Notes: generated from the sequence alone by a model not told the origin. Positions 36,944-47,036 are shown, numbered from the stretch's first letter. The stretch: DNA of 54,098 bases from Eubacteriales bacterium (GCA_045600005.1 JAZRXB010000330.1:1-54098); one strand, 5' to 3'. A program made the numbers and translations.

Positions 36944-39478
36944 ATGAGCAGAACCTATTCCGTTGAAACGCCTGAAAAGACTGCCCGCATCGACCGACTG
37001 AAAGCGGCTCTTTATGAAAAAATGCCGCAGATCGAAGCCGACCGCGCCGTGCTTCTGACCGAATCCTATCGGGAAACCGAGGGCGAACCGATCATCACGC
37101 GCCGCGCAAGGGCGTTTGCTCATATACTCGAAAACATCCCGATCACCATCCGAAAGGACGAGCTGATCGTCGGCAGCGCGACGGTTTCGCCGCGCAGCTG
37201 TCAGGTCTTCCCCGAATTTTCCTTTGAATGGCTCGAATCGGAATTTGATACCATCGCCAAGCGCACCGCAGACCCGTTTGAGATCTCGGATGAAACGAAA
37301 AAAACGCTGCACGAGGTCTATCGGTACTGGAAGGGAAAAACGACCAGCGAGCTTGCGGCGTCCTATCTCGCGCCCGAAACGAAGGCCGCGCTTGCCCATA
37401 ATATGTTCACGGTCGGCAACTATTATTACAACGGCGTCGGACACGTCACGGTCGCCTACGACAAGGTGCTGAAGATCGGCTACCGCGGCATCATCGAAGA
37501 AGCGAAGGCGGCGCGCGCAAAGCTCTCCTTCGGCGACCCCGATTACGCTTCCCGGACCGCGTTCCTTGACGCGGTGATCTTAAGCTGCAAGGCGGCGGTC
37601 GGCTACGCGAAGCGCTATGCAAAGCTCGCGCTGGAGCTCTGCGAAAAGGAAACCGACCCGCAGAGAAAGAAAGAGCTTGCCCTGATCGCGCGCAACTGCT
37701 CCCGCGTGCCGGAAAACGGCGCGGAGAGCTTCTGGGAAGCCTGCCAGTCCTTCTGGTTCGTCCAGATGTTATTGCAGACGGAATCGAGCGGTCACTCGAT
37801 CTCGCCCGGACGCTTCGACCAGTATATGTTCCCGTATTATCAGGCAGACCTTGACGCTGGAACGCTCGACCGGTCGTTCGCGCAGGAGCTGATGGACTGC
37901 ATCTGGATCAAGCTCAACGACCTCAACAAGGCGCGCGACGCTTCGTCCGCCGAGGGCTTCGCCGGATACAGCCTGTTCCAGAACCTCATCGCGGGCGGTC
38001 AGACGAAGGACGGCGAGGACGCGACGAACGATCTGTCGTTCATGTGCATCGCCGCGACCGCTCACGTCATGCTGCCGCAGCCGTCGCTGTCGGTGCGTGT
38101 CTGGAACAAATCGCCGCACGAATTTCTCGTCAAGGCGGCGGAGCTGACCCGCACGGGCGTGGGACTGCCCGCTTATTACAACGACGAAGTGATCATCCCG
38201 TCGCTTCTCAGCCGCGGTCTGACGATGGAGGACGCGCGGGACTACAATATCATCGGCTGCGTCGAACCGCAGAAGGCGGCGAAGACGTGGGGCTGGCACG
38301 ACGCGGCGTTCTTCAATATGTGCCGCGTGATGGAGCTGGTCTTCTCGTCCGGCATGGACAAGGGCGAGCAGATCGGCGTGAGGACGCCCGACGTCGCCGG
38401 AATGAAGAGCTTTGACGAGTTCTTCGACGCTTATAAGGCGCAGATGGACTGCATGATCTCGCTGCTGGTCAACGCCGATAACGCGGTCGACCGTGCGCAC
38501 GCCGAGCGCTGTCCGCTGCCCTATCTGTCCTCAATGGTCGAGGACTGCATCGGACGCGGCAAAACGCCGGAGCAGGGCGGCGCGGTCTACAATTTCACCG
38601 GTCCGCAGGGCTTCGGCATCGCCAACGTCGCCGACGCGCTTTACGCCGTCAGAACGCTGGTCTTTGAGGAAAAGAAATTCACGCTCGCCGAGCTGCGGGA
38701 CGCGCTGGCGGCAAACTACGGAAAGAACGCGCTGACCGCAGACACGGCGGCGTCGGTCGCGGTCGAGACGGCAAAAGCGCTCGCGGACGCCGGACAGAAG
38801 GTCGACGGGGAGACGATCGCCTCCATCGTGCGCACCCTCACCGAAACCGGTCTGAGCGATGAGAAACAGAAGCGCTATGCCGGGATCCGCGAGATGATCC
38901 TTGACGTTTCCAAGTACGGCAACGATATCGCCGAGGTCGACGCGCTGGCGCGTGAAGCGGCTTATACCTACACTAAGCCGCTCGAAACCTACCGCAATCC
39001 GCGCGGCGGACAGTTCCAGGCGGGACTTTATCCGGTTTCGGCGAACGTGCCGCTGGGTGCGCAGACCGGCGCGACGCCCGACGGACGCTATGCGTACACT
39101 CCGGTCGCCGACGGCGTTTCGCCGAGCGCCGGACGCGACACGCACGGTCCGACTGCTTCCTGCAATTCGGTCTCGAAGCTCGACCACGGCATCGCGTCGA
39201 ACGGCACGCTGTTCAATATGAAATTCCATCCGTCGGCTCTGGCGGGAACGTCCGGCATCGAATGCTTCGTCGCGCTCGTGCGCGCCTACTTCGATCAGAA
39301 GGGAAGCCACATCCAGTTCAACGTCGTCAGCCGTGAAACGCTCCGCGACGCGCAGGCTCATCCCGAAAAGTATCAGAGCCTTGTCGTCCGTGTGGCAGGG
39401 TACAGCGCACTGTTCGTCACGCTGTCGAAATCCCTCCAGGACGATATCATCAACCGCACCGAACAGTCGAAGTTCTGA
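36944..39478 (+). CDS. Glycyl radical enzyme, probable B12-independent 1,2-propanediol dehydratase
   Basis: GCVEP cysteine loop, RVAGYSA glycyl motif, internal helical insertion; BMC and fuculose-aldolase context. Confidence 0.85.
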   Translation: MSRTYSVETPEKTARIDRLKAALYEKMPQIEADRAVLLTESYRETEGEPIITRRARAFAHILENIPITIRKDELIVGSATVSPRSCQVFPEFSFEWLESEFDTIAKRTADPFEISDETKKTLHEVYRYWKGKTTSELAASYLAPETKAALAHNMFTVGNYYYNGVGHVTVAYDKVLKIGYRGIIEEAKAARAKLSFGDPDYASRTAFLDAVILSCKAAVGYAKRYAKLALELCEKETDPQRKKELALIARNCSRVPENGAESFWEACQSFWFVQMLLQTESSGHSISPGRFDQYMFPYYQADLDAGTLDRSFAQELMDCIWIKLNDLNKARDASSAEGFAGYSLFQNLIAGGQTKDGEDATNDLSFMCIAATAHVMLPQPSLSVRVWNKSPHEFLVKAAELTRTGVGLPAYYNDEVIIPSLLSRGLTMEDARDYNIIGCVEPQKAAKTWGWHDAAFFNMCRVMELVFSSGMDKGEQIGVRTPDVAGMKSFDEFFDAYKAQMDCMISLLVNADNAVDRAHAERCPLPYLSSMVEDCIGRGKTPEQGGAVYNFTGPQGFGIANVADALYAVRTLVFEEKKFTLAELRDALAANYGKNALTADTAASVAVETAKALADAGQKVDGETIASIVRTLTETGLSDEKQKRYAGIREMILDVSKYGNDIAEVDALAREAAYTYTKPLETYRNPRGGQFQAGLYPVSANVPLGAQTGATPDGRYAYTPVADGVSPSAGRDTHGPTASCNSVSKLDHGIASNGTLFNMKFHPSALAGTSGIECFVALVRAYFDQKGSHIQFNVVSRETLRDAQAHPEKYQSLVVRVAGYSALFVTLSKSLQDDIINRTEQSKF

Positions 39479-39482
39479 CGCC

Positions 39483-40286
39483 ATGGAAATGAATCGGACA
39501 GAACAGGACCTTGCGGTCAAGGGGAGGATTTTCGACATCCAGAAATTCTCCATCCACGACGGACCGGGCATCCGGACGATCGTGTTTCTGAAGGGCTGCG
39601 TGCTGCGCTGCCGCTGGTGCTGCAACCCCGAATCGCAGCATTACGCCGTCGAAACCATGATCCAGAACGGCAGACCGAAGACGGTCGGCTATGATACGAC
39701 GGTCGGCGAGGTCATGGAGGAAGTCGTCAAGGATATGCCCTATTACCGGAGAAGCGGCGGCGGCGTCACGCTTTCGGGCGGCGAATCGCTCTGTCAGCCG
39801 GATTTTGCGGCGGCGCTTCTGCGGACCTGCCGGGAATACGGCATCAATACCGCCATCGAGACGACGGCGTGTATGCCGTATGAGATCATCGAACGGTTCC
39901 TGCCGCTCATCGACGTCTTTCTGATGGACATCAAGCACACCGACAGCGAAAAGCACGAGCGCTTCACGACCCTGCGCAACGAGCTGATCCTCGACAACGC
40001 ACGGAAGCTGGCGCGCGACGCGAAGGAGCTGGTCATCCGTGTGCCGACCATCCCGACCTTCAACGATACGGAGGAGGAGATCGCTTCCATCGCCCGCTTT
40101 GCGAAGTCGCTCGGCACGGTGAAGCAGATGCACCTTCTGCCCTATCACCGGCTGGGCTACGACAAGTACGTCGGGCTGGGACGCGAGTACGGCATGGGCG
40201 ACCTGCCGTCGCCGACGCCGGCCAAGATGGAGATCCTCAAACGCGCCGCCGAACGGGAAGGCATGACCGTCGTTTTAGGCGGATGA
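39483..40286 (+). CDS. Glycyl-radical activating enzyme (radical SAM, no ferredoxin insert)
   Basis: HDGPGIRT, CxxxCxxC (CVLRCRWC), GGVTLSGGE, LLPYH. Confidence 0.93.
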   Translation: MEMNRTEQDLAVKGRIFDIQKFSIHDGPGIRTIVFLKGCVLRCRWCCNPESQHYAVETMIQNGRPKTVGYDTTVGEVMEEVVKDMPYYRRSGGGVTLSGGESLCQPDFAAALLRTCREYGINTAIETTACMPYEIIERFLPLIDVFLMDIKHTDSEKHERFTTLRNELILDNARKLARDAKELVIRVPTIPTFNDTEEEIASIARFAKSLGTVKQMHLLPYHRLGYDKYVGLGREYGMGDLPSPTPAKMEILKRAAEREGMTVVLGG

Positions 40287-40321
40287 AAAAGCAGAGCAAT
40301 CAACCGATAAGAGGCACATAA

Positions 40322-40693
40322 ATGTACGGGATAGAAGACAACGAAAACAAACAGCGCATCATACAGGAGATCGTCCCCGGCAAGCAGATCACGCTTGCGC
40401 ACATCATCGCCGCGCCCGACCCGATCCTCTACCGCAAGCTCGGACTGAATCCGGAGGTCGACTACGCGCGCGCCGCCATCGGCGTCGTCACGATGTCGCC
40501 CGCTGAATACGCGATCATCGCCGCCGATCTTGCGCTCAAGAATTCCGGCTCGGAGCTTGGCTTCGTCGACCGGTTCAGCGGGACGCTGATCCTCACCGGT
40601 CCGCTGTCCGACGTGGAGGCGGCGGTCCGCGCGGTCATGGATTACGCGGTCGGAACGCTCGGCTTCACGGTCTGCGACATTACGAAGACCTGA
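40322..40693 (+). CDS. Permuted BMC shell protein (EutS/PduU type)
   Basis: RIIQEIVPGKQITLAHII...GFVDRFSGTL...CDITKT. Confidence 0.92.
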   Translation: MYGIEDNENKQRIIQEIVPGKQITLAHIIAAPDPILYRKLGLNPEVDYARAAIGVVTMSPAEYAIIAADLALKNSGSELGFVDRFSGTLILTGPLSDVEAAVRAVMDYAVGTLGFTVCDITKT

Positions 40694-41118
40694 TGAAGCG
40701 CCTGATTCTGATCGGTCGGAGCGAAGCGGGCAAAAGCACGCTGATTCAGGCGCTCCGGCACGAGGAGCTGCGGTACGTCAAGACGCAGGCGGTGGATTTT
40801 ACCTCCTCGATCATCGACACACCCGGCGAGTACGCCGAAACGAAGCGGCTGGGCGGCGCGCTCGGCGTGTATTCCTACGAATCCGACGTCGTGGGACTGC
40901 TCGTTTCGGCGACCGAGCCGTACTGTCTGTTTCCGCCGAACATCGTCGGTATGGCGACCCGCCCGGTCATCGGCATCGTCACCAAATGCGACAGTCCGCA
41001 CGCTGACCGTAAGCTCGCGGCGCGCTGGCTCGAAAACTGCGGCTGCGAGAGGATCTTCTTCACCAGCAGCGTTTCGGGAGAGGGCGTCGACGCGCTGATT
41101 TCTTATCTGAATCGCTGA
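40693..41118 (+). CDS. EutP/PduV-family P-loop protein
   Basis: GRSEAGKST, KTQAV, DTPGEY, VTKCD. Confidence 0.92.
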   Translation: MKRLILIGRSEAGKSTLIQALRHEELRYVKTQAVDFTSSIIDTPGEYAETKRLGGALGVYSYESDVVGLLVSATEPYCLFPPNIVGMATRPVIGIVTKCDSPHADRKLAARWLENCGCERIFFTSSVSGEGVDALISYLNR

Positions 41119-41176
41119 AAACAACATCACAGACGAATCAAATCAAAATAAAACAACATATTTTTGTGGTTTTCTA

Positions 41177-41205
41177 TTGACATTTGACGGGAGTTGTGAT
41201 AGAAT
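41177..41205 (+). promoter_or_regulatory. Internal promoter of BMC locus
   Basis: TTGACA-17bp-TAGAAT with TGn extension. Confidence 0.78.
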
Positions 41206-41289
41206 GATAACAGGGAAAGTCTCGGTCGAAAAGACCGGAGCATCATATAAGTCCATCAATTCTGCAAACACATAAAGGAGAAAACTGTC

Positions 41290-42087
41290 ATGTCTGAGTA
41301 TGAGATCAAAAAACAGATCTGCGAGATCGGCAAGCGCATCTACAACAAGGGAATGGTCGCCTCCAACGACGGCAACATCTCGGTCAAGCTGAACGACAAC
41401 GAATTCCTCTGCACCCCGACCGGCGTCAGCAAGGGCTTCATGACCCCTGAATTCATCTGCAAGGTCGACGCACAGGGCAAGGTCCTTCAGGCTTACGAAG
41501 GCTTCAAGCCGTCCTCCGAGATCAAGATGCATATGCGCGTTTACAAGGAAAGACCCGACGTCAACGCGGTCGTTCACGCTCATCCGATGTATGCGACCAG
41601 CTTCGCCATCGCAGGCATCCCGCTGACCGAGCCGATCATGCCGGAAGCCGTCATCGCACTGGGCTGCGTTCCGATCGCCGAGTACGGCACGCCCTCGACC
41701 GAGGAAATCCCGGACGCCGTTTCCAAGTATCTCCAGCACTTCGACGCCGTTCTGCTCGCAAACCACGGCGCGCTTTCGTTCTCCGACTCGCTTCTGAACG
41801 CTTATCATAAGATGGAATCGGTCGAATTCTACGCACAGCTGCTCTATCAGGCAAAGATGCTCGGCGGCCCGAAGCAGCTCTCCGAAGAGCAGGTCCAGCG
41901 CCTGTACGAGATCAGAAGACAGTTCGGTCTCAAGGGCAAGCATCCGGCAGACCTCTGCCAGAACCTCAAGGACGGCAAGCCCTCCTGCCATAACTGCGGC
42001 GGCTGCGGCAAGACCGAATCCTGCGGCGACGCGAACGCCGACCTGATCGCCGAGATCACCAGGAAGGTTCTCGCAAACCTGAAATAA
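41290..42087 (+). CDS. Class II aldolase (L-fuculose/rhamnulose-phosphate aldolase-like) with C-terminal encapsulation peptide
   Basis: DGNIS, PSSEIKMH, VVHAHP, LANHG; tail DLIAEITRKVLANL. Confidence 0.88.
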   Translation: MSEYEIKKQICEIGKRIYNKGMVASNDGNISVKLNDNEFLCTPTGVSKGFMTPEFICKVDAQGKVLQAYEGFKPSSEIKMHMRVYKERPDVNAVVHAHPMYATSFAIAGIPLTEPIMPEAVIALGCVPIAEYGTPSTEEIPDAVSKYLQHFDAVLLANHGALSFSDSLLNAYHKMESVEFYAQLLYQAKMLGGPKQLSEEQVQRLYEIRRQFGLKGKHPADLCQNLKDGKPSCHNCGGCGKTESCGDANADLIAEITRKVLANLK

Positions 42088-42105
42088 TCCGAACGGAGAA
42101 GCATC

Positions 42106-42690
42106 GTGAGCTTTGATTTTGACCGGCTGATCGGACAGGTCGCCGCCGCTGCCGCGGCAGAACAGCCGAAAGCCGAAGCTCCCAAAGGCTCTGTCCCGCC
42201 CGACGGGTCTCCCCGGAAACCCGAAGCGTCTGCCGGTGAGAAAGCCGCGCCGCGCACCGGTTTTGCCGGAGCGGACCGCATGACGTTAAAGCTCGCGCAT
42301 CTTCTGATGGCGGCGGTCGAACGTCAGGCGGCGGACATGGGCGTGAACGCGGTCGTCGCGGTCGCGGACGCCGGGGGAAACACGCTCTCGGTCGACTGCA
42401 TGGACGACGCATTTCTCGCAAGCTACGACATCGCGGTCAACAAGGCGTACACATCGGTCGCGCTGAAAATGCCGACCGCCGATCTTGCACAGCTTGCCGC
42501 GCCGGGCGGCTCGCTCTACGGCATCCAGAACACCAACGGCGGACGCATCGTGATCTTCGGCGGCGGACAGCCTCTGAGATCGAAGGGCGTCATCATCGGC
42601 GGCGTGGGCGTGAGCGGCGGAACGGCGGCGGAGGACACCTTCCTCGGCGAGTTTGCCAGACGGGTGTTCGAGGAGCTTGTGAAAGCGTAA
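42106..42690 (+). CDS. GlcG/HbpS/PduO-C-terminal-like heme-binding protein with N-terminal extension
   Basis: VAVADAGG, IAVNKAYTS, IFGGGQPL, GGVGVSGG...ED. Confidence 0.85.
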   Translation: MSFDFDRLIGQVAAAAAAEQPKAEAPKGSVPPDGSPRKPEASAGEKAAPRTGFAGADRMTLKLAHLLMAAVERQAADMGVNAVVAVADAGGNTLSVDCMDDAFLASYDIAVNKAYTSVALKMPTADLAQLAAPGGSLYGIQNTNGGRIVIFGGGQPLRSKGVIIGGVGVSGGTAAEDTFLGEFARRVFEELVKA

Positions 42691-42723
42691 GGACTATTAC
42701 CTCAACAGAAAAGAGAGAAAACA

Positions 42724-43929
42724 ATGGATATCAAATCCGCACAGATCGAAGAGATCGTCAAGCAGGTTTTAGCGAACATGAACGGTTCCGCTTCCGCGCC
42801 CGCAAAGAGCGCAGGCGGAAGCATCCCGAAGACCGCCCGTGTCGCCGTGCTGACGAAGCTCGAAAATTTTGAACTGAAAGAATACCCGATCCCGGAGCTG
42901 GGCGACGACGACATTCTCGTCAAGGTCGAGGGCTGCGGCGTCTGCGGCACCGACGCGCACGAATTCAAGCGCGACCCCTTCGGTCTCATCCCCGTCGCTC
43001 TCGGTCACGAGGGGACAGGCGAGATCGTCAAGATGGGCAAGAACGTCAAGAAGGACAGCGCGGGCAAGGACCTCAAGGTCGGCGACAAGGTCGTCACCTG
43101 CATGATCTTCAAGGACAACCCCGACATCACGATGTTCGACCTGAACAAGCAGAACGTCGGCGGCGCGGACGTTTACGGTCTGCTTCCCGACGACGACGTA
43201 CATCTGAACGGCTGGTTCTCGGATTATCTGTTTGTCCGCGGCGGCTCGACGATCTTCAACGTCAGCGACCTCGACCTCGACAGCCGGATCCTGATCGAAC
43301 CGTGCGCCGTTCTGATCCACGCGGTCGAACGCGCGAAGACCACCGGCATTCTCCGCTTCAACAGCCGTGTCGTCGTACAGGGCTGCGGACCGATCGGTCT
43401 GATCTGCATCGCCGTTCTGCGCACGATGGGCGTCGAGAACATCGTCGCCGTCGACGGCAACGAAAAGCGTCTTGACTTCGCAAAGAAGATGGGCGCGGGC
43501 CACACCGTCAACTTCAAGGATTTCCCCGGCGGCATCGAAGCGCTCACGAACGGCGTGAAGGATGCGTTCGGCGGCTACTTCGCTGATTTCGCGTTCCAGT
43601 GCACCGGCTCTCCCGCTGCGCATTCCAACATCTACAAGTTCATCCGCAACGGCGGCGGACTCTGCGAGCTTGGCTTTTTCATCAACGGCGGCGACGCATC
43701 GATCAACCCCCATTTCGACATCTGCTCGAAGGAGATCACGGTCGTCGGCTCGTGGGTCTACACGCTGCGCGACTACGCAACGACGTTTGACTTCCTCAAG
43801 AGAGCGCAGGCCATCGGTCTGCCGATGAAGGAGCTCATCACGCACAAGTTCCCGCTCGAAGAGATCAACGAGGCGCTCAAGACCAACCTCAGCCAGGCAG
43901 GTCTCAAGATCGCCGTCGTCAACAGATAA
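42724..43929 (+). CDS. Zn-dependent alcohol dehydrogenase with N-terminal encapsulation peptide
   Basis: CGVCGTD, GHEGTG, GCGPIG; N-terminal QIEEIVKQVLANM. Confidence 0.9.
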   Translation: MDIKSAQIEEIVKQVLANMNGSASAPAKSAGGSIPKTARVAVLTKLENFELKEYPIPELGDDDILVKVEGCGVCGTDAHEFKRDPFGLIPVALGHEGTGEIVKMGKNVKKDSAGKDLKVGDKVVTCMIFKDNPDITMFDLNKQNVGGADVYGLLPDDDVHLNGWFSDYLFVRGGSTIFNVSDLDLDSRILIEPCAVLIHAVERAKTTGILRFNSRVVVQGCGPIGLICIAVLRTMGVENIVAVDGNEKRLDFAKKMGAGHTVNFKDFPGGIEALTNGVKDAFGGYFADFAFQCTGSPAAHSNIYKFIRNGGGLCELGFFINGGDASINPHFDICSKEITVVGSWVYTLRDYATTFDFLKRAQAIGLPMKELITHKFPLEEINEALKTNLSQAGLKIAVVNR

Positions 43930-43941
43930 CGGCAGGGCGTC

Positions 43942-44256
43942 ATGGCACAGGCAATCGGAATGATCTCGGTCTACGGACTGGCGGCGGCGTTCGCAGCGCT
44001 TGACGCGGGCTGCAAGGCTGCCGCTGTGACCGCCGAACCGTTCGACAAGAACAAGCCTGCTCACGCGGATTCGCTCCCCGTCCCGCTGATCGTGCTGATC
44101 AAATTCCGCGGCACGGTCGAGGACGTGAAGGCTGCGGTCGAAGCGGCTGCCGAAGCGGCAGGGCGCGTGACCAGCGTGATCACGCAGAGCATTATCGCAA
44201 ATCCCAGCGAGGGCGCTGAAAAAATGATGAAGATCAGCGCGCTTGACAAAAACTGA
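43942..44256 (+). CDS. BMC-H shell protein (divergent)
   Basis: AIGMI...ALDAGCKAA...[11 protein letters not shown]...IANP. Confidence 0.85.
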   Translation: MAQAIGMISVYGLAAAFAALDAGCKAAAVTAEPFDKNKPAHADSLPVPLIVLIKFRGTVEDVKAAVEAAAEAAGRVTSVITQSIIANPSEGAEKMMKISALDKN

Positions 44257-44279
44257 TAATATTACGGAGGATAGAACTC

Positions 44280-44558
44280 ATGGCACAGGAAGCACTCGGT
44301 ATGATCGAAACCCGCGGCATTACCGCCGCAATCGAAGCGGCTGACACGATGGTCAAGTCCGCAGAAGTCACTCTTATCGGCACCGAAAAGATCGGTTCCG
44401 GTCTCGTATCCGTCATGGTGCGCGGCGACGTCGGCGCAGTCAAGGCAGCCGTCGAAGCAGGCAGCGCAGCAGCAGCCAAGCTCGGCGAGGTCATCGCTTC
44501 TCATGTAATCCCGCGTCCGCACGCTGACGTGGAGAAGATCCTGCCGAAGCTCAAATAA
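44280..44558 (+). CDS. BMC-H shell protein (PduA/EutM type)
   Basis: ALGMIETRG...GDVGAVKAA...HVIPRPH. Confidence 0.96.
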   Translation: MAQEALGMIETRGITAAIEAADTMVKSAEVTLIGTEKIGSGLVSVMVRGDVGAVKAAVEAGSAAAAKLGEVIASHVIPRPHADVEKILPKLK

Positions 44559-44572
44559 ACCGGTGAGCCGAT

Positions 44573-44956
44573 ATGAAAGCACTCGGTTTTGTTGAGGTGG
44601 TCGGCGTTGTCGCGGCGGTCGACTGCATCGACATCATGTGCAAGAGCGCAGCGGTGTCTCTTGTCACATGGGAACGCAAGCTCGGCGGACGGCTGGTCAC
44701 GGTCATCGTGCAGGGCAGCGTTTCGGACGTCACCGAAGCGGTCGAATGCGCGAAGCGTTCGTGCATTAAAACGCCGGCGGCGGCAGTCGTCATCGCCAAT
44801 CCGCACGAGGAAGTGTGGAAGATGCTCGAAGGCAGCGTCCTTCGTCATCACATCGAGCTGACCGGAGACGAAGCGCTCCCCGGTACGGCGGAAGAAAAAG
44901 CGGCGGAGGCTCCGGTACCGGAAAAGCCCCGCGCAAGAACGAAAAAATCAAAATAA
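44573..44956 (+). CDS. BMC-H shell protein with C-terminal tail
   Basis: ALGFVE...DIMCKSA...GSVSDV...IANPH plus basic tail. Confidence 0.88.
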   Translation: MKALGFVEVVGVVAAVDCIDIMCKSAAVSLVTWERKLGGRLVTVIVQGSVSDVTEAVECAKRSCIKTPAAAVVIANPHEEVWKMLEGSVLRHHIELTGDEALPGTAEEKAAEAPVPEKPRARTKKSK

Positions 44957-44986
44957 TACGACTCGATTGACAGGAGGAACACTACT

Positions 44987-45265
44987 ATGGCACAGGAAGC
45001 TCTCGGCATGATTGAAACCCGCGGTCTCGTCGCAGCGATCGAAGCGGCAGACGCTATGTTAAAGGCAGCAAACGTTGAACTCGTCGGCACCGAAAAGATC
45101 GGTTCCGGACTCGTATCCGTTATGGTACGCGGCGACGTCGGCGCAGTCAAGGCAGCCGTCGAAGCAGGCAGATCGGCAGCGCAGAACCTCGGCGAAGTCA
45201 TCGCAACGCACGTCATTCCGCGTCCGCATACCGACGTGGAAAAGATCCTTCCGCAGCTCAACTGA
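44987..45265 (+). CDS. BMC-H shell protein (PduA/EutM type)
   Basis: Paralog of 44280-44558. Confidence 0.96.
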   Translation: MAQEALGMIETRGLVAAIEAADAMLKAANVELVGTEKIGSGLVSVMVRGDVGAVKAAVEAGRSAAQNLGEVIATHVIPRPHTDVEKILPQLN

Positions 45266-45416
45266 CAGCCCGGCTGATCGGAGGTCCGTTTCCGGGAACC
45301 GTCCCATGCCGTGTCCGGCGTAAGCCGAACGGCCGGTCATGTCCCGGTCCCCGGAAACAGCCGTCCTGACCGGACGGCGGATTTCACGTGTCTGCATGGC
45401 AGGGAAAGGAATCAGA

Positions 45417-45683
45417 TTGATTATCGGAAGAGTGGTGGGCAGCGTTATCGCTACCCGTAAAAACAGTCAGTTGGTCGGTCAGAAGCTGATGATCGTAAGA
45501 CCGCTCGACGGAGGGGATCACAGCGCCGTCGTTGCCATCGACAATGTGGGAGCCGGAATCGGCGAGGTCGTGCTGGTCGCCACGGGCAGCGCGGCGCGGG
45601 TCGGCTGCGGGCTGGAAAAAGCCCCGGTAGACGCCGCCATCGTCGGTATCGTGGACAACGAAAGCGGATTGGAGTGTATATAA
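45417..45683 (+). CDS. BMC-P vertex protein (EutN/CcmL)
   Basis: TTG start after AAAGGA; IIGRVVG...ATRK...DNVGAGIGE...GSAAR...DAAIVGIVD. Confidence 0.92.
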   Translation: MIIGRVVGSVIATRKNSQLVGQKLMIVRPLDGGDHSAVVAIDNVGAGIGEVVLVATGSAARVGCGLEKAPVDAAIVGIVDNESGLECI

Positions 45684-45686
45684 CAG

Positions 45687-47015
45687 ATGGAACTTTCTCA
45701 GCTGGTTGAAGCGATGAGGAACGGCGGCGTCGCCGGAGCAGGCGGCGCGGGTTTCCCGTCCTATGCCAAGCTCGATAAGAGAGCGGATACCATTATCCTG
45801 AACTGCGCGGAATGCGAGCCGTTATTGAAGCTCCATCGTCAGGTTCTGGAAACCTACGCGGTCGAGATCATGACCGCTTTGAAGGTGATCGCCGAGGCGG
45901 TCGAAGCGAAGGACGTCATCATTGCCGTCAAGCCCTCCTACACCGGAGCGGTCAAGGCAGTGAAGGCGCATCTCGCCGACTTTCCGATGATGAAGATCGG
46001 TCTTCTGCCGGAGATCTATCCGGCGGGCGACGAAGTGATCACGATCTACGAAACGACGGGACGTGTCGTCGCACCCGGCGCGCTCCCGATCACACAGGGC
46101 GTCACCGTCTTCAACGTCGAGACGGCGCTGAACGTCTACAAGGCTCTGAACGGTCTCGGACCGGTCACGAGCAAGTATATCACCATTGCCGGTGAGGTGA
46201 AGCATCCAATCACGCTGAGGGCTCCGCTCGGCATCACCTACGGTGAGCTGATCGAGCTGGCGGGCGGCGCAACGGTCGCCGATCCGGTGCTGGTCGGCGG
46301 CGGTCCGATGACCGGCCGCATCGTCACCGCGTCCGACGTTGTGACCAAGACCTCCAACGCGGTCCTGGTCATGCCGAAGAACGCCTACATCATTCAGAAA
46401 AAGACCACCCCCATCCGCATCAACATGAACCGCGCGATGGCGGCGTGCTGCCAGTGCCGGATGTGCACCGACCTCTGCTCCCGCAATCTGCTGGGACATC
46501 CGATCGAGCCGCATAAGTTCATGCGCGCGATCTCCAACGGTCAGACCGCCGACACCATGGCGTATCTCAATACCTTCTTCTGCTCCTCCTGCGGACTGTG
46601 CGAGATGTATTCCTGCGGACAGGGACTTTCCCCCGCTTCGCTCATCGCGCAGACCAAGGGCGCGCTCCGCAAAAACGGCGTGACGCCTCCGAAGGACGCC
46701 GTCCTGAAGCCGGTCGATCCCGGACGCGATTATCGCCGCGTTCCGATGGAGCGCCTGACCGCGCGTCTCGGACTGACGAAGTACAACGTTCCCGCGCCTC
46801 TGAAGGACGAGCTTGTCGACGCGGACAGCGTGAAGATCATGCTGTCTCAGTGCATCGGCGCACCTTCCGCGGCAGCCGTAAAGGTCGGCGATACCGTTCG
46901 GATCGGTGACGTGATCGGCGCGGCGCCCGAAGGCAAGCTCGGCACGCCGGTTCATGCTTCGCTGAACGGCACGGTCGCGGAAGTGACCGACAGGTATGTC
47001 GTCATCCGCAAATAA
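45687..47015 (+). CDS. pduS: PduS/RnfC-like flavin Fe-S oxidoreductase
   Basis: GAGGAGFP, NCAECEP, YPAGDE, GGPMTG, CCQCRMCTDLC, CSSCGLC. Confidence 0.9.
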   Translation: MELSQLVEAMRNGGVAGAGGAGFPSYAKLDKRADTIILNCAECEPLLKLHRQVLETYAVEIMTALKVIAEAVEAKDVIIAVKPSYTGAVKAVKAHLADFPMMKIGLLPEIYPAGDEVITIYETTGRVVAPGALPITQGVTVFNVETALNVYKALNGLGPVTSKYITIAGEVKHPITLRAPLGITYGELIELAGGATVADPVLVGGGPMTGRIVTASDVVTKTSNAVLVMPKNAYIIQKKTTPIRINMNRAMAACCQCRMCTDLCSRNLLGHPIEPHKFMRAISNGQTADTMAYLNTFFCSSCGLCEMYSCGQGLSPASLIAQTKGALRKNGVTPPKDAVLKPVDPGRDYRRVPMERLTARLGLTKYNVPAPLKDELVDADSVKIMLSQCIGAPSAAAVKVGDTVRIGDVIGAAPEGKLGTPVHASLNGTVAEVTDRYVVIRK

Positions 47016-47036
47016 TGGAGAAAGGGTTGAAGAATC

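Noticed and set aside
36944-39478. Calling the GRE pyruvate formate-lyase or choline TMA-lyase
   Set aside because: The single-Cys GCVEP loop excludes PFL, which has a CC pair. The aldolase/DeoR context favours propanediol dehydratase over CutC, though not proven without phylogeny.
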